Assembly: GCF_004010195.1 (NCBI RefSeq)
Contig: NC_057729.1
Span: 6,534,372 to 6,598,371 of the forward strand
DNA: 64,000 nucleotides
DNA from: Chiloscyllium plagiosum
Taxonomy: Eukaryota
Direction of reading: 5' to 3'
The position numbers were made by a program, and so were the translations under genes. The notes below the pieces were generated by a model. That model searched no databases, was not told where the DNA came from, and saw only the letters and a list, made by a program, of their open reading frames with translations. The first letter of the stretch is position 1. Every line of letters begins with the position of its first letter. Below are positions 37,940 through 51,716 of the stretch, one piece after another.

Positions 37940-38268
37940 CCATCACGATGGCTCAGTAGTTAGCAGTGCTGCCTCACTGTGCAATGGACCAGAGTTCGAT
38001 TCCAGTCTCAGATGACTGTCTGTGTGGAGTTTGCACATTCTCCCCATGTATGCGTGGGTTTCCTTCCACAGTCTAAAGATGTACCAGTTAGGTGGATTGG
38101 CCAAGCTAAACTGCCCAGAGTGTTCAGGGATGTGCAGGTTAGTTGGATTAGCCTGGGAAATACCAGGTCACAGGGAAGGGGTGGTGGGGTGGGTCTGGGT
38201 GGGATGCTCTTTAGATGATCAGTGTGGACTCTATGAACTACATAGCCTGCTTCCACACTGTAGAGATT
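37940..38268 (+). mobile_element. HE1-type SINE (older subfamily)
   Basis: tggctcagtagttagc A box, gttcgattcc B box, core duplicated. Confidence 0.9.
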
Positions 38269-38619
38269 AATGTGATCACTGTATATTGCAGTCTGCAACC
38301 AAATTGCCATTAGCTTCTGTCAAAGGGCCACTTTGAATGATTTTCTTCATTGACTTGCAACAGAACATGGGAAAGTTGAACTGCAGACATTTTAAGCAGC
38401 GAGCTCAAGTGATGGTCCCTATATGTACAAAATATTATTGTTGGAATTGGAACAAATTTGATGGTGATAAAATCTTTACATTGATTGTAGATCTGTGTTT
38501 GATAAGCCAAACTCATTGCATTGCAGAACGTGGATTTTACGTGGGCTAGTGGTCATTAAAGGGCCATCTCATGACTGGTTTTATTAATGGTTCTAAATCT
38601 TTAAGGTATGTTCCTGTTT

Positions 38620-39040
38620 TCTTGGCAGAATATTGCTGGATGGAGCTCACTCTACACCAGGATTACCCGATATCCCTCAACTCGTGCCCTCCCCGGCTCA
38701 CCCCCAACCCTGCATTGGCAGGTCCAACCGGTCAACCAGCACATTGCCTCTGTCACAGCAAGCAACACTGTTAGGCAACAGTGCCATGGACCTACTTCCC
38801 CGGCCTCTTCCTGATGGTCACCCATCTAATGTCCTGAACTGGTACTGCCCCTGAGGTGATCACTGCCTGAGACATACAATCCAGGAAAATCAGCCTCCCT
38901 GATGCTGCTCAGTGAATCCAGGTCTATCACACATTTGGAAATCTTGGATTTGAAATCAAACATTTCAAGGCACCTCTGACCTTTGTGGTCTCTAAGACAC
39001 AAGCAGTGCCTCTCACAAAATGCAAAAATTGCAAATCTAG
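38620..39040 (-). mobile_element. CR1 ORF1 fragment (zinc finger/leucine zipper region)
   Basis: C..C...RCLEMFDFKSKISKCVIDLDSLSSIREAD, then WVTIRK after a frameshift. Confidence 0.6.
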
Positions 39041-39299
39041 TCAATTTCTTGTTTAAATGAGTTATTTTAATTCATGCCCTAGACCTGTTCTGTGCTAGTA
39101 CTTATATTAATTTACATGCGATTGAAAGTTTTAATCTCTCAGCTCTGATTTGAAATGAATGTTCTAGCTCAGAAAGAAAATAGAAATAAGTATTCCTCAA
39201 CCAATCTCTGGTTCACTTTCCTTCGACATTACATCTAGAGTTTTTCTGATCTTTTTTATTTTGAATGAGCTCAGACTGACGCCTACTGACTCTCCATCA

Positions 39300-39750
39300 C
39301 AAGCTCAAAGAACATCATCTTATTTTCCACTTGGGGACCGGGCAGCCTCTCGAACTCAACATTGAGTTCAATAACTGTTTATATCCTTCCTTGTTTTTTA
39401 ACCCACCCACACCCTGATTCTGTCATGACATCGGTAGCTTTCAGCATAGTTTACACATTTTCTGCTCTTCTTATCTCTCATTATCACACATTCAGCTTCT
39501 CTTTTGTCCTGGATTACTATCAGCAATCCCTTCATCTGTCTATTCCTTTCATATCTCTCTCTGTCCATGGGCTCCATCTCTTCATATCTGCTCATCCCTT
39601 TTTCCAACCTTGTTTTCAGTATAAACACCACTTTTTCCCAGTTGTTATCAATCCTGACAAAGAGTCACTGGACTTGATATATTGACTTTGCTTTCTCCCC
39701 CAGATGCTGTGAATCCTGCTGAGTTTCCCTTGAAGTTTCTGTTTTTGTCA
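39300..39750 (+). mobile_element. PLE 3' fragment: GIY-YIG C-terminus, UTR, decayed hammerhead
   Basis: EHHLIFHLGTGQPLELNIEFNN; ctgacaaa-GAGTC-actg-GACTT at ~39654; cagatgctg..cctgctgagttt. Confidence 0.7.
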
Positions 39751-40299
39751 CCATGAAGAGAGTTCACCTTGAAGGACTCTGTAGGTTATGCATACACAAT
39801 GTTGTGATGTTAGTCTGTTGTGGATCTGCGCACAAACAAATCAGTATGTCTGCTTCATGACTTCATGTTTTACTGTGTTTAGTAAACTAACCCACACAGT
39901 TAATCAATCCTTTCCAAGTGATTGATTAAAAGACCACAGTCATTAATATGTTAGTATAGTCACATTTTCAGGAACTAGGGAAGATATTAAAAAGTAGGAA
40001 TTTGAAGGTAATACTGTCTGTATCACTCCTCGTGCCATTCCTTCATGAAAATACCAATAAGAAGACTTGAGGATAAACATGCAGCCAGTGGCCTGGTGAG
40101 GAAGGGAGGCCTTTAGAGTCCTGAAGCATCAGAGCCAGTTCTGGGGCAGGCACATATTCAAAAAATGCAGGTTACAGTTCAACAGGACTGGGGCCAATGT
40201 GGTAAAGTTTACTGTTGTGTTTGAAGTCATTAAAACTCAACTAGCAGAATGGTAGACATCAGCATACAGCAATAAAAAAGAGAATTAGGAGTGTCCTTG

Positions 40300-40570
40300 A
40301 ATGATGCACTGGAGATTTATGAGAATAGTCGCAGATATGAGGTGTTGTAGTTATAAGGTTGTATTGGAGAAGCTGGGGTTGTTCTCACTGGAAAATTGCA
40401 GGGGAATTTGATAGAGGCATACAAGCTTAAGATCGATTTGGTTCAGGTAGACAGGGAACAACTGTTCTCATTTAACAGTCCAATAACTTGTGGAGATACA
40501 TGTAAGGTTTTAAGAAAGCGATGCAGTAGGATGGGAGGGAGTATGAGAAGATCTTTATGCAGTTACGGTC
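40300..40570 (+). mobile_element. CR1 LINE 3' fragment (old)
   Basis: LEKLGLFSLE, QGNLIEAYK. Confidence 0.65.
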
Positions 40571-40944
40571 CAACTCAGGACCATTTAACATTTAACAAGA
40601 AATCAGAATACCTCATTTCAATCAATAGAACTATGCCACAAAATTACATTTTTTTCAAAGCACAAACTTCGTTGAATATAAAAGAGTTAAAACAAGAACT
40701 ATTAAATTTAACAATATGGTTTATAACTACGTATGTTATGCACTCAGGTTCACTTCAAAATTTCCCTAAGAATTATCTGATAAGACACATGGGACCAAGT
40801 GTGTCAAAGTCCTCTGGAGAATTCTACTCAGCTCCAGTCATTGGCAGTCTTAATAAGATTCAAATTGAGATTAAACCTCACTCAACTTCCACACTGGCAA
40901 TGATAAAGTCAGTGGTTCTCTCAGATACAGTAGATGACATACTG

Positions 40945-41362
40945 TAATCTTTGCACCTGATGTGGTCTCCTCTACATTGGTGAGACAGCACATCAACTTG
41001 CGGATCATTTCAGAGAACATCTCTGGGACACACACACCAAACAACTCCACCGCCCTGTGGTTGAACACTTCAACTGCCTCTCCCACTCCACCAAGGACAT
41101 GCAGGTCCTGGGGCTCCTCCATCGTCAAATCCTAACCACCCAATGCCTGGAGGAAGAACGCCTCATCTTCCACCTTGGGACCCTCAAACCACATGGGAGT
41201 AATGTGCACTTCACCAGTTTCCTCATTTCCCCTCCCCCTCCCCCCACCGTATCCCAGCCCACAAGCCTCATTCCTGATGAAGGGCTTATGCCCAAAACAT
41301 CGATTCTCCTGCTCCTCGGAAGCTGCCCGACCTGCTGTGCTTTTCCAGCACCACACTTTCAA
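40945..41362 (+). mobile_element. PLE fragment: GIY-YIG endonuclease followed by a family A hammerhead end
   Basis: CGLLYIGET..DHFREHL..PVVEHFN..LEEERLIFHLGTLKPHG; CTGATGA-A-GGGC-TTAT-GCCC at 41274. Confidence 0.9.
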
Positions 41363-44219
41363 CCTCAATCCAATTATGCCTCATTTGTAATTTCTTTAAC
41401 TTAGTCTACTTTCCCTTCAGTAATTCTTTCTCTTCTATTCTGTCTGAAACAAACCTGCTGAATTGCTTTCTATTAGACATTTTGTCAACCAATATAGTCA
41501 CGCATTTTAATTCACTTACATTTACAGCAATACTTTTCTCAATATTAAACATTCCCTTTAAAATATTAACTTGAACTAGATAGTTGCAACAAAATGTTGA
41601 ATGGTAATAATTTGAATTTACTGCTCATGAAGTTGGCAGAAGCAGAGATGGTTATTAATTTCAGTAGGAAAGTGGTAGGGCACTTGAATAAATTATATTT
41701 TATTCACTCATTGGATATGGGTGCTGCTGGCTATCAGTCTTTATTGCCTATTATACTAATACATCAGAAAACCTATGAAAATACAACAGGAAATGGAACT
41801 ACTATTGGAGAGCTGGCATAAACTCTGTGACTTCTTCTGTGCCATTTATAACTCTTTGACTCATAGTTCAAATCTGAAAATGTTTTAATGCTACTGACAG
41901 TGGATTTGGACAGATGCTGGCAAGTTTCTGCTGAAGAATGCATATAAGTAGACAACCAGTGTGAATAACCTTTGATCTATCAATGGATGTACAGCTTGGT
42001 TCACCATCATGCTTGCACATGGATGAAAAATTGGCACATGACTTTTGGCGCTGATAACATTGTACCCCAACAACTATCAGAGAAAGAGGAAAAAAAGTAC
42101 TTACAGAATGTTTAGGAATGATCTCTGTCTATCATCATCATTTTTTTCAACATCTTTACACCAGAGAAAATCTTACTTCATTCATGATATTCATGAGTAT
42201 ATAGCAGAGGTAGATCATCCTCATTAGCTACAATACTTCTATTTACTGATTATACCCAGGTCCACATTTCTTCTGGTTTCATCTTATTAAACATGTAGCC
42301 CATTGGCATTCATCAATCCTCATTTGTTTACACAATGTTTCTAGCCACTTACTCTGACAAATGCACAGACTTTATTGATATTCATTGTTCTTTGATTTGA
42401 CTGCATTTGACTGTTGTAATATCTTTGTCAAAATGTACTTATTGTTTACACTAGAGCTTACATTTCTCTCATCCTGTAATTTGCCAGCAGTCACTCATTG
42501 TTATCTCACTCTTAAGAGTTTAAGTGATCTTCCTTATGTGAAGACCTTTTATCAATGACCGAGCCAGTTTGTCCCAGCAAAACAACTAGGGAGGAAACAA
42601 TCTTTTGATGGCAATATATTTTCAAAGATTCTGTGGACATTAAGTGGAGGAGCCTGCTCTGAATGCAGATATTCTCACAAGAGGAGAGAGGGAGCAGCAC
42701 TCGAATCACATGACTGGGAAGTCTTGATACAGCAGGACAATTTGAACATATTGCTGAGTTCAAACAGACCTCATTTTGGTTATTGCTGGAGCCACAAACT
42801 GCAGTGTAACAGTTATGAACAGATAGGGCAGGCATAAATATTCCTGACAGATAGACAAGATCTACTTAATTATCATAGTTTGTGTAACTCTAAATTCTAC
42901 CTCCTTAAGCATGAGAAAAAAAAAACAAATTAAAGCTATCATTGAGAGTTTAAATAAGAGCAACCTTCTTTGGACTGTTTTGCTTAACAGGCCATCTGGT
43001 GTAGCTTCAAAGAAGCATGAACATCTGTTCATGCTGCTTCAGTAAAGTTCCCTGGCATTTCCCAAGGACTATTATTGTGACTTGATGCACACAAGACTTT
43101 GTTCTGAATTGCCATAATTATTTCAGCCTGGACCTACGTACAAGGAATACTGGGGAAGGGGAAGGAAAGTTAATGATCTTCTGCACTACACAAAGGTAAA
43201 GGCTACCATCTGCTTTCTCAGTCTCACACGGTCACTACTCATTAATTCTGCACATACATTGATGCTTAAGGATTATAGCTCTCATGATTGCTGGCATCAT
43301 TCCACTCAATAGTTCTCATGTTCCCAATCTACCGATCACTACCCTCTGTACTTCCAAGTCACTCACTGAGGATCTCATCATCTCTGCTGCTCTGTATTAC
43401 CACTAAACACCCTTCCTTACACTTCCAATGTACTCAATCCCTCCCTTTGTCTCGTTGAAGGAAGAATGGGTCCCACCTCCGACTGATGCCTCCACAGCAC
43501 CCCAACTAATTTGCTTGCAATCCCCAGTCAGACTGCAAGTAAGTGCTTACCAGGACCAGCCTTTGGATTGCATACGCATGAATTCTCAGACTCTGGAAGG
43601 ATCACATGCTGGACTGATGTGGCCAAATTCCTGGACTGGAATTAGATGAACCCCTTGGTTGACTGTGGCAGCAGGACCTGAATAAATGGAAACTGTTCCC
43701 CTTTGACTTTCCAACAAGACCATTTGCTTGATCCACATGTTGCATTTCTGCCCTGTAAGCCGTTGGCACATGCTGCCAGTGTGACACTGATGTACCCTAG
43801 TGCTGTACAGCAACACACCCACTCTTTTGACCGTTCAGAGCTTCCCCCCACCCCATGACAAACTGCCTCCTTCTCCCTTTTTGCTAAGAAACAATGCACA
43901 AGCCACAGATGCTGGCAGCCTATAACTGAACACCCCATGTCCTAAAACCAAATGCAAGGTACAGAAGCTGGAAGCCCAGAGGTAACGAAAAAGTGAGTTA
44001 TTATGAAATGAGCATGCGATGCAGATGGGTGAGATGAGTTTGTGTCCTGCACACAACATTACCTGGAAGAAGCATGCAGGACATAGATGTCTCTGAGCTC
44101 TGAAGTGAAGTGCTGGCTGCAGTGATGCAGGAGTTGGTCTGGGAGTAGAGGGCATAATGATGTGGTGAGGCCAGTTATTTGCCCCTGCCAATCTGCACAG
44201 ATGAATGGTTAAGGAGAAG

Positions 44220-44510
44220 AGCACAGTGGTTCGGTGGTTAGCCCTACTGCGTCACAGTGCAGGGACCTGGGTTCAATTTCACCCTTGGGTTCTGTCTGTG
44301 TGGAGTTTGCACGTTCTCCTTGTGTCTGCATGGGTTTCCTCCGAGTGCTCCAGTTTCCTCCCACTGTCCAAAGATGTATTGATTGGCATTGTAAATGCTG
44401 GGTTAAAGGGAGAGGGCAGGAGGTTAGGTCTGGTTGGGATGTTCTTTGGAAGTTCAGTGTGCACCTGATGGGCCGAATGGCCTGCTTCCACACTGTAGAG
44501 ATTCTGTGAT
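44220..44510 (+). mobile_element. HE1-type SINE
   Basis: gggttcaatt B box, tgtgtggagtttgcacgttctcc, gagattctgtga tail. Confidence 0.9.
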
Positions 44511-45945
44511 TGGCCAGGGAGCATGCAGGGACGTTGTGCTGTACACTGTTGGATAATGGCTGGGACAGGCAACAGCCACCAAGTTTCTGCTCTGATATTC
44601 ATAGCAGAAATTTGTGCCATCTAATTTCTCCAAGGAAGAGAAAAGAGGAGGAAGAAGAAGAGAATTGAAGGTAGTTAATAAATAACTCAAGTCAGTCTTA
44701 ATGAGATGTAAATGCATGAAAATAAGATAGTCATCAATAAATGGTGAAAATTTGAAGTCGCCATTTAAAATTGAAGGCAAAAATAGGAAAAGATTTTATT
44801 GGTGATGAGGGTCTAATGTTTTCATTTTCCCAATTTTCCCAATCAGTGACGGGAATACTATGCACTTCTTTTTCTTTCTCTCTACATAGGTCACCTGAGG
44901 TCTGCCCATGATTTGATCAATCAATCCAATCCGATCCCAAACCCATTTCCCTGGAGTGAGAATCAGCCCCAACAGGCCTCTTTAAACTCAAGGCAGATCT
45001 GCAAGTTGGGAAATTTCTCAACTGGAGCTATAACCTATAGCCTTTAACTTTACTACAGTGACATTTTCACTGCATGCAATGTCCTGCAAATGTCAATGTG
45101 GAAGTTAAACTTATTACGAGAAAAAAGTTCCAATACGTGCATCAGCAACTATATGTAAAAGTGTACAGTGTTGACAACAAAAGGTTTGGACATACATGCC
45201 TGTATTGGCATCTGAGAAGGACAAATGATTGGCTGATGTTTCAGCTGGTGAAATATTAATATTAAATTCTCTTTAGTCTTTACAGTGGCTACCAGAAATC
45301 TGAATGTTGCCTTAATTTCAGCTTTGTAGTGTTTTCTTTCCTGATGTTCTGCTGAGATTTGTTTTGATTTGATGGCATTTTTATTGGAGTCAGTTGTGGG
45401 ACCATTCTGATCTCTATCGTATGATGGACCTCATTTTACTTCAGCACATGAAGTCTTCAGTCACCTTGTTCTTTTGGCTTCTGTGCTTCATCCCAGCAGG
45501 TTTCCACGTTAATTCTTCAAGTGCAAAATGCCAATTTTTCAACAAGTACACCACTCCCCCATTTCTGACTGTCCATTTGTCTGAACCGCCTCTGTAAGAT
45601 TGCTCAATTAGTGATAGATTGTGGGCTGAAAACCTTTTCTCTGTTATGTCAACCTTACTCATCATTTTAAACAAAAACATTCCAAAAATAATGAAAGAAT
45701 AGACCGAGCCTCAAAAGGTGGTAAACTAATAAATGGTTCTGTTGGTGTGTTTTAATCGATTAGTGTGAGAGGAGGCTGAAGTGGAGCATAAACTAGTTAC
45801 AACATGATCTATGCTGATAGCATATAATCTGTGTACAAGTATACTCTGTAAATTTTAGATCATTTAATAATCTGGTGCATGTCCTCTTACAGGTAGGCCT
45901 CAATTCCATATTGCCCCTGTACATGTTGTCTTATATTGGCTTCTT

Positions 45946-46264
45946 ATAACATAAGAAGTAGGAGCAGGAGTAGGGCATCTGGCTCTGCATTAATGAGATC
46001 ATGGCTGATCTTTCAATGGACTCAGCTCCACTTACCTGCCCGCTCACCATAAGCCTTAATTCCTTCACTGTTCAAAAATCTATCTATATTTGCTTTAAAA
46101 ACATTCAACGAGGGAGTCAGAACTGCTTCACTGGGCAGGTAATTCCACAGATTGATAACCATGTGGGCGTTGTTGTTCCTCCTCAACCTAGTTCTAAATC
46201 TGTTCCCCCTTAGGTTGAGGGTATGCCTTCTGGTTCCAGTTTCACCCACCAGTAGAAAGAATCT
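45946..46264 (-). mobile_element. CR1 LINE 3' fragment
   Basis: cataagaagtaggagcaggagtagg 3' UTR; NLWNYLPSEAV. Confidence 0.85.
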
Positions 46265-46421
46265 GAGGTTGTTCTGAGGACATTCTGAGGAGCGGTTACT
46301 GGTCCTGACTCATCAACTCTGATTTCTCTCCACAGAAACTGCCAGATCTGCTGAGCTTTTCCAGCGTTTTCTATTTTTTGCCTCTGATTTACAGCATCTG
46401 CAGTTCTTTCGGTCTTTATTT
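46265..46421 (+). mobile_element. PLE mini-element (family C), hammerhead decayed
   Basis: Near-TSD agtagaaagaatct / agtggaaacaatct; body ctctccacaga..ctgccagatctgctgagcttttccagc. Confidence 0.75.
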
Positions 46422-46449
46422 AGTGGAAACAATCTCCCTTCAAGCAACA

Positions 46450-46810
46450 TATTGTTTTTAAAATTCTCACCTTTAGTTTCATACCTTTCCATAGTTTTGC
46501 CCCTCCCCATCTCTGTAATGTCCTCCAACTCCATAACCCTTTGAGACATCTGACTCTTCTACTTTGCGTTTCTTGTGTATACCCAATCATAAATGATCTG
46601 CCATTGTTGACTATGTGTTGGCTCCACTCTCTAAAATTCCCAACTAACACCTCTCCATTTCATTTTTTCCTTTAAGGCACACCTCTAGTCTTTTTGTCAT
46701 CTGACCTCATAAATTCCTTTGTGGCTCAGTGTCATACCCTTTAAATGTTCTGATATAGCACTTTGGAACATTTCATTATCTTAAAGGTGTTATAGAAATA
46801 TAAATCATTG
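46450..46810 (+). mobile_element. L2 LINE 3' fragment
   Basis: FKILTFSFIPFHSFAPPHLCNVLQ (cf. FKILxLxFKxLHGLAPPYL); gcactttggaaca..ttaaaggtgttatagaaat tail. Confidence 0.65.
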
Positions 46811-46825
46811 TTTTTCCTGTAATAG

Positions 46826-47467
46826 TGTTATGCACCAGACTAAAACCCCTCACAATATATTAAGAAGATGAACTAGTCCCAAACATTTTCTTATTTTAAA
46901 GGTAAATGTGAGGTGTTGTGTTCCAGATGTAATTTGACCAGTCAAAATGCTAGATTTAAGGAAAAAAACACTGTATTCATACCCTACAGTTAAAATACAA
47001 AAGAAAAAATAGAGAAAAGAATTAGCCTAACTGTAGCTCTATTGAAATACTTAATCACATAATCGATACAATAACTAATATTATTAATTAATGGTTCCAA
47101 TACATTAACATCCTGTAAACACCCCCTTGACAAACACAAATTCAGAAAATCTGATTATCTCACATGTAACTCCAGCAGCAGGCTTAGAATTCTAACTTTT
47201 AGCTGTAACTGAGAGTAGATAAAATAGGTTGCACATCCAGATTCAAGAACCCAGCAGCAACTGCTGAAAATGAAAACTAAAAATCCTGGTTCTCTTAACA
47301 CCACCCATTCAGGTTGCTTCTATTGTTCCAACTTTAAAGAAAAACCCAAGGCCTCACAAGCTGATTACTCCAGTACCTTTGCACAGACTGCTCACCATCT
47401 CTGCCTTAAAACCTCTCTTCAAAACAAAAGAACAAAATACACCTCTTAAAGTCATAGTATCATCACA
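46826..47467 (-). mobile_element. Solo LTR-like element
   Basis: TGTTATG...CATCACA termini; subterminal ctcttaaag as in 110-867; no clean TSD. Confidence 0.5.
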
Positions 47468-49234
47468 ACACAAATCACAAAAATGACAAAGGCTATTGAA
47501 TTCCTTGAACTCCATGGGAACTGTCTACTTTAATTCAATTTCTCTGCTTATCCAACTCCCTTTGTAGGAGTAGGAACTGCATGTGATATACAAAATATAA
47601 CCTGTTTCTGTGGGGCAAGGCTGTGCTTCACCATCACTCATGCCATATTTTGTGGCCTAATAAACCCACAGTACCCAACACTTTGTAGCAAAGGTGGTGT
47701 ATTGCGCTCCGTCAATATACATTTAAGATCACGTACATGACAGTACCACTTGATCACTGTACATGCCTTGAGGGCATAAGTGTTCCAGACTCCATATTAG
47801 CATGGGACCACTTGAAACATGACATGCTACATAAGGCATGCTCTTCCACTGTAATTGCACAGCCAAATACTAGCCAAGACACAGATGCGTCTATGAATGC
47901 AAAAATTGTATGTAATCACCAGCTGTCAGAAACATCTGATGGATTTATCAATAACAGGTTATTCACATCCAATTTCTCATGTTATGAGGGATAAGATAAG
48001 CACTGTTACATAAAGTAAAACAACTTAGTAAAATTCACATCGGTTGGCATTGATTTATATCTTCCTCACACATTAAATAGGTTGATGTCAGATGAAAGTG
48101 ATAGCTGAAGGAAAGATGTTGCCGACTTATTGAAAAGCATACTCATTCCTCTGAAACAAGGCTCTGGACAATGCAGCAACACCTGCTCAGCGAGATTATA
48201 TTCTCATGTCCAAGCATAGAATCTGAACCATCACTGTCTGACTCAGAGTCTTGCAAACCGAATGAAGCTGACACAAACATTCATCATGCTAACTTCTCTC
48301 ATCCAAGAAGATTGATGCTTGAGAGGGAATTGAGATGTGAAGGGTCTGTCTCCTGGCTCTTACGCTTCTTGTTCCTGGCATTTTGTCATTTTTATAAGCA
48401 CAAATCATGGATTTCCCACTAAAGGCAGGCAGGCACTTAACCTAACACTCAGAAGCCATGATGCAGTGAGACCTTTGGCACTGCATTTGATGTCAGCAAG
48501 GTGATGGTGATGGTGAGGGAGTAAGGACACAGGATCTGGAGGGAGAGGAACACTCAGGTCGGCATTAGAAATACAGCAGGAAACGCCGACTGACAAAGGA
48601 GAAGCAAGATGAAATTTCAAAAACTGTATTGTTTAAGCATTGTTTAAGCCAGGGGTATGAAGACCCTGCAACAAATCTTTAGGTTACACCAGCCACAGGC
48701 AGTCCACCCCCAACTTGAAGGAAGCTCCTGAATTAGTCAGAAACACTTCTTCCCACTAATGGCCAAAGGTCTTTTGTAGAATTCCTAGTTTCTGGGGCTG
48801 CTTCCCTCTTCAATTTTATTTTGTTATTTTAAACGCTAGAGTACATACGCATCAATTTAACAAGCACAGAATCAGGTTTTTATTGACCTCATATTCCACA
48901 ACTCAACATGAATTCTTTGGTAAATAAATAATTCCAATATGAATATAAAAGTTTTTATTATTACCTTTACTATTCACTCAAACAACTCAGGTGCATCACA
49001 CTCCTCAGTTATAAAGATTGTATCTTTTTATTCCTCAGTATTTTTAGTTGTGGATTGCAATGGAAAATCAACTGCTTCAAAATCTAAGAATTGTGGAAAG
49101 GATGACTGCCTTTTTAAAAGCAGGTTGCAGTCACTCATTGTAAATATTTTCAACACTGCTGTTTGTTCAAGTAGAGAGATGTGGTTTAGCTGCAGACAAG
49201 CTAGACCCAGGCAGCATGTACAAATGGCTATTCA

Positions 49235-50175
49235 GGCCTTGCAGCCTGCTTCACCATTCAATATGATCATGGCGGATCATCCAATTCAATAGCCTGTTCC
49301 TACTCCCCCCCAGCTCCCTTTAGCCCCAGCATTAAATCCAACTCCTTCTTGATATTATACAATGTTTTAGCCTTGATTGCTTTTTGTGGTGGCAAATCCC
49401 ACAGGCATGCCACTCTCTGGGTGAAGAAATTTGTCCCTATCACAGTCCTAAGTGCTTTGCCTCATATCCATACACTGTGGCGCCTGGTTCTGGACTCCCC
49501 AGCATGGGAGAACATTCTGCCCTATCTAGTCCTGTTAGAAAGTTATAGGTTTCTATGAAATTCCTCCCCATCCTTCTTTCCCCATCTTACTGTGATCGTA
49601 ATCCTAACTGATTCAACCGCTCCTCATGTATCAGTCCTGCCAACCCAGGAAGCAATTTGATAAACTTTTGCATCACTCCCTCTATAGCAAGAATATCCTT
49701 CCTTGGATAAAGAAACCAAAACTGTATACAATATTCCAGATGCGATCTCACCAAGGCCCTGTGTAATTGCAGCAAGACATCCCCATTCCAAAATTGGAAT
49801 CTTTCTTTACTGCCTGCTCCCCCTGCATGCTTACCATCAGCGACTGGTGTACCTGTACAGCCAGGTGTCATTCCACCTTCCCCGAACTCAAGTTATCGCC
49901 ATTCAGATAATATTAGGCCTTCCTGATTTTGTTACCAAAGTGGATAATCTCACATTTATCCACATTACACTGCATCTCCTATTCATTTACTCACTCCCTC
50001 AGCCTCTCCAGTCACACTGAAGCATCTCTGCATTCTCCCCACAGCTGACCCTCCCACCTAGCTTTGAGTCATCTGCAAATGTGGAGAGATTACACTTAGT
50101 TCTGCCATCCAAATAATTAATATCTGGGGTCCGAGCACTGATCCCTGTGGTACCCCACTAGTCACTGCCAGCCAC
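49235..50175 (-). mobile_element. CR1 LINE ORF2 fragments
   Basis: VTSGVPQGSVLGPQ; LVRSHLEYCIQFW. Confidence 0.85.
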
Positions 50176-51309
50176 GTGACCACAGCATACAATGTTTCAG
50201 TCTTAGACCACATCATTCTCTGAACCCTGTAGTTCATGTATGCTACCACTATTTCACAACCGATACATAATGGGATATAGAATATATAAACATGGAATCA
50301 TCAATATGCACTCAACCAATATCAGCCTTTCTTAACATCCTGTTACCATGGTTATATGGTTCACGGTATATCTTCTAATTATTGTGTGACAGGAAACACA
50401 CTGACCAGAATATCATCTCCTAAACCATGAAGATATGAATGTATACATTCAAGGGTTCCTTCTGATCCTCATCCTTGTCTTAGATCTGCTTCAGAATGCA
50501 TCGCTGCCAGCAGTTTTAATTCAGTGCGCGCTAATTCCACAGACAATAATATACACAGGTATTGTGAACACACAATCCCATACACATCTATACACTCCTT
50601 CCACAAAGTTCATGCTCCCACCACAGACAGATCTGACAAAATGTCAGGCAGGACTCCGGGAAATGTTATTTTATTAAGACTGGTCTTTTCAGGGTCCCCA
50701 TGACCCCTTCTCTCCACCTCTTTTAAAATGGAGTCGTACATTTCTGTGAGATTTCTGCAAATACATTTTTTTCTCCCATGACATGGTCAAACTCACATCA
50801 TTTAAGTTTGCATTGTATCTGTATTCAAAATTCACAATCAATACTGGAATCAACTAACATAGATCACACAATAGCAAAGAAAAAGATTGTGTTTTGAAGA
50901 AGCTGAAAAGAAACATATTTTCTTCAAGGTTAAGACAAGCTGCTATGGAGACAGCATGAGAAATGGAAGATGTTTTGCTTGAAGAGACATCAAATATGAC
51001 AGATATGGACAGGGCAATGAATAATAACATTGTCCTCTGCATGCATAATGACTCCAGCATCACAACAAACATTAGAAGGATTGTCTGCATCCAATGTGGA
51101 AACAAAAATAGCTATATTGCAAAGGACAAATTCAGAGGGATACTGGTTTCAGTACAGCTCCATGGACCTAATGTCATTTTGTTGTTGCGATTAAATAATG
51201 TGAAGCACACAAGCTTATTGTTTCAATGCAGGATTTTTAGAGTTTGTGATAGAGGCTTCAAAATATTTTCTTTGGCGAAGCTAAAAAACAATGCTTATAA
51301 AATGCTGAA

Positions 51310-51500
51310 GACGGTGTTTTGTAGGCTTGCCTTTATTGTTCAGTGCATTGAGTATAGGAGTTGGGATGTCATGTTGCGATTGTACAGGACTTGGGTTAGG
51401 CCACTTTTAGAATACTACATTCAACTCTGGTCTCCCTGCTATAGGAAACATGTTAAACTTGAAAGGGCTCAGAAAAGATTTACAAAAATATTGCAGGGAT
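51310..51500 (+). mobile_element. CR1 ORF2 fragment
   Basis: LAFIVQCIEYRSWDVMLRLYRTWVRPLLEYYIQLWSP. Confidence 0.85.
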
Positions 51501-51716
51501 CACCTCGGCAAATCTGTTTTAGTCACACCTGAGTGGACAAAAGGAAATGATTTGCTCATTTACTCAATTCATTTAAATTGTATGTCTTATTTCTTTCTCT
51601 TTAAATTCTGAAGGATAAGGTCATTGTACTAATTTGAGTTGCGAAGCAGCAATCTTGGAACATTACCTTTTTCTTTTCCAGGGGATTTGTTTGTATCAAG
51701 CATTAAAGCAAGATTC

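Noticed and set aside
40396-40947. 183-aa ORF
   Set aside because: Starts in a CR1 remnant and continues through AT-rich sequence with no recognisable domain.
43560-44210. Possible Harbinger transposase remnant (also near 31.7-32.1k and 61.5-61.9k)
   Set aside because: Too degenerate to support by eye; needs a profile search.
50963-51532. 189-aa ORF as a novel gene
   Set aside because: The C-terminal third is CR1 ORF2 and the rest has no recognisable motif; likely chance read-through.
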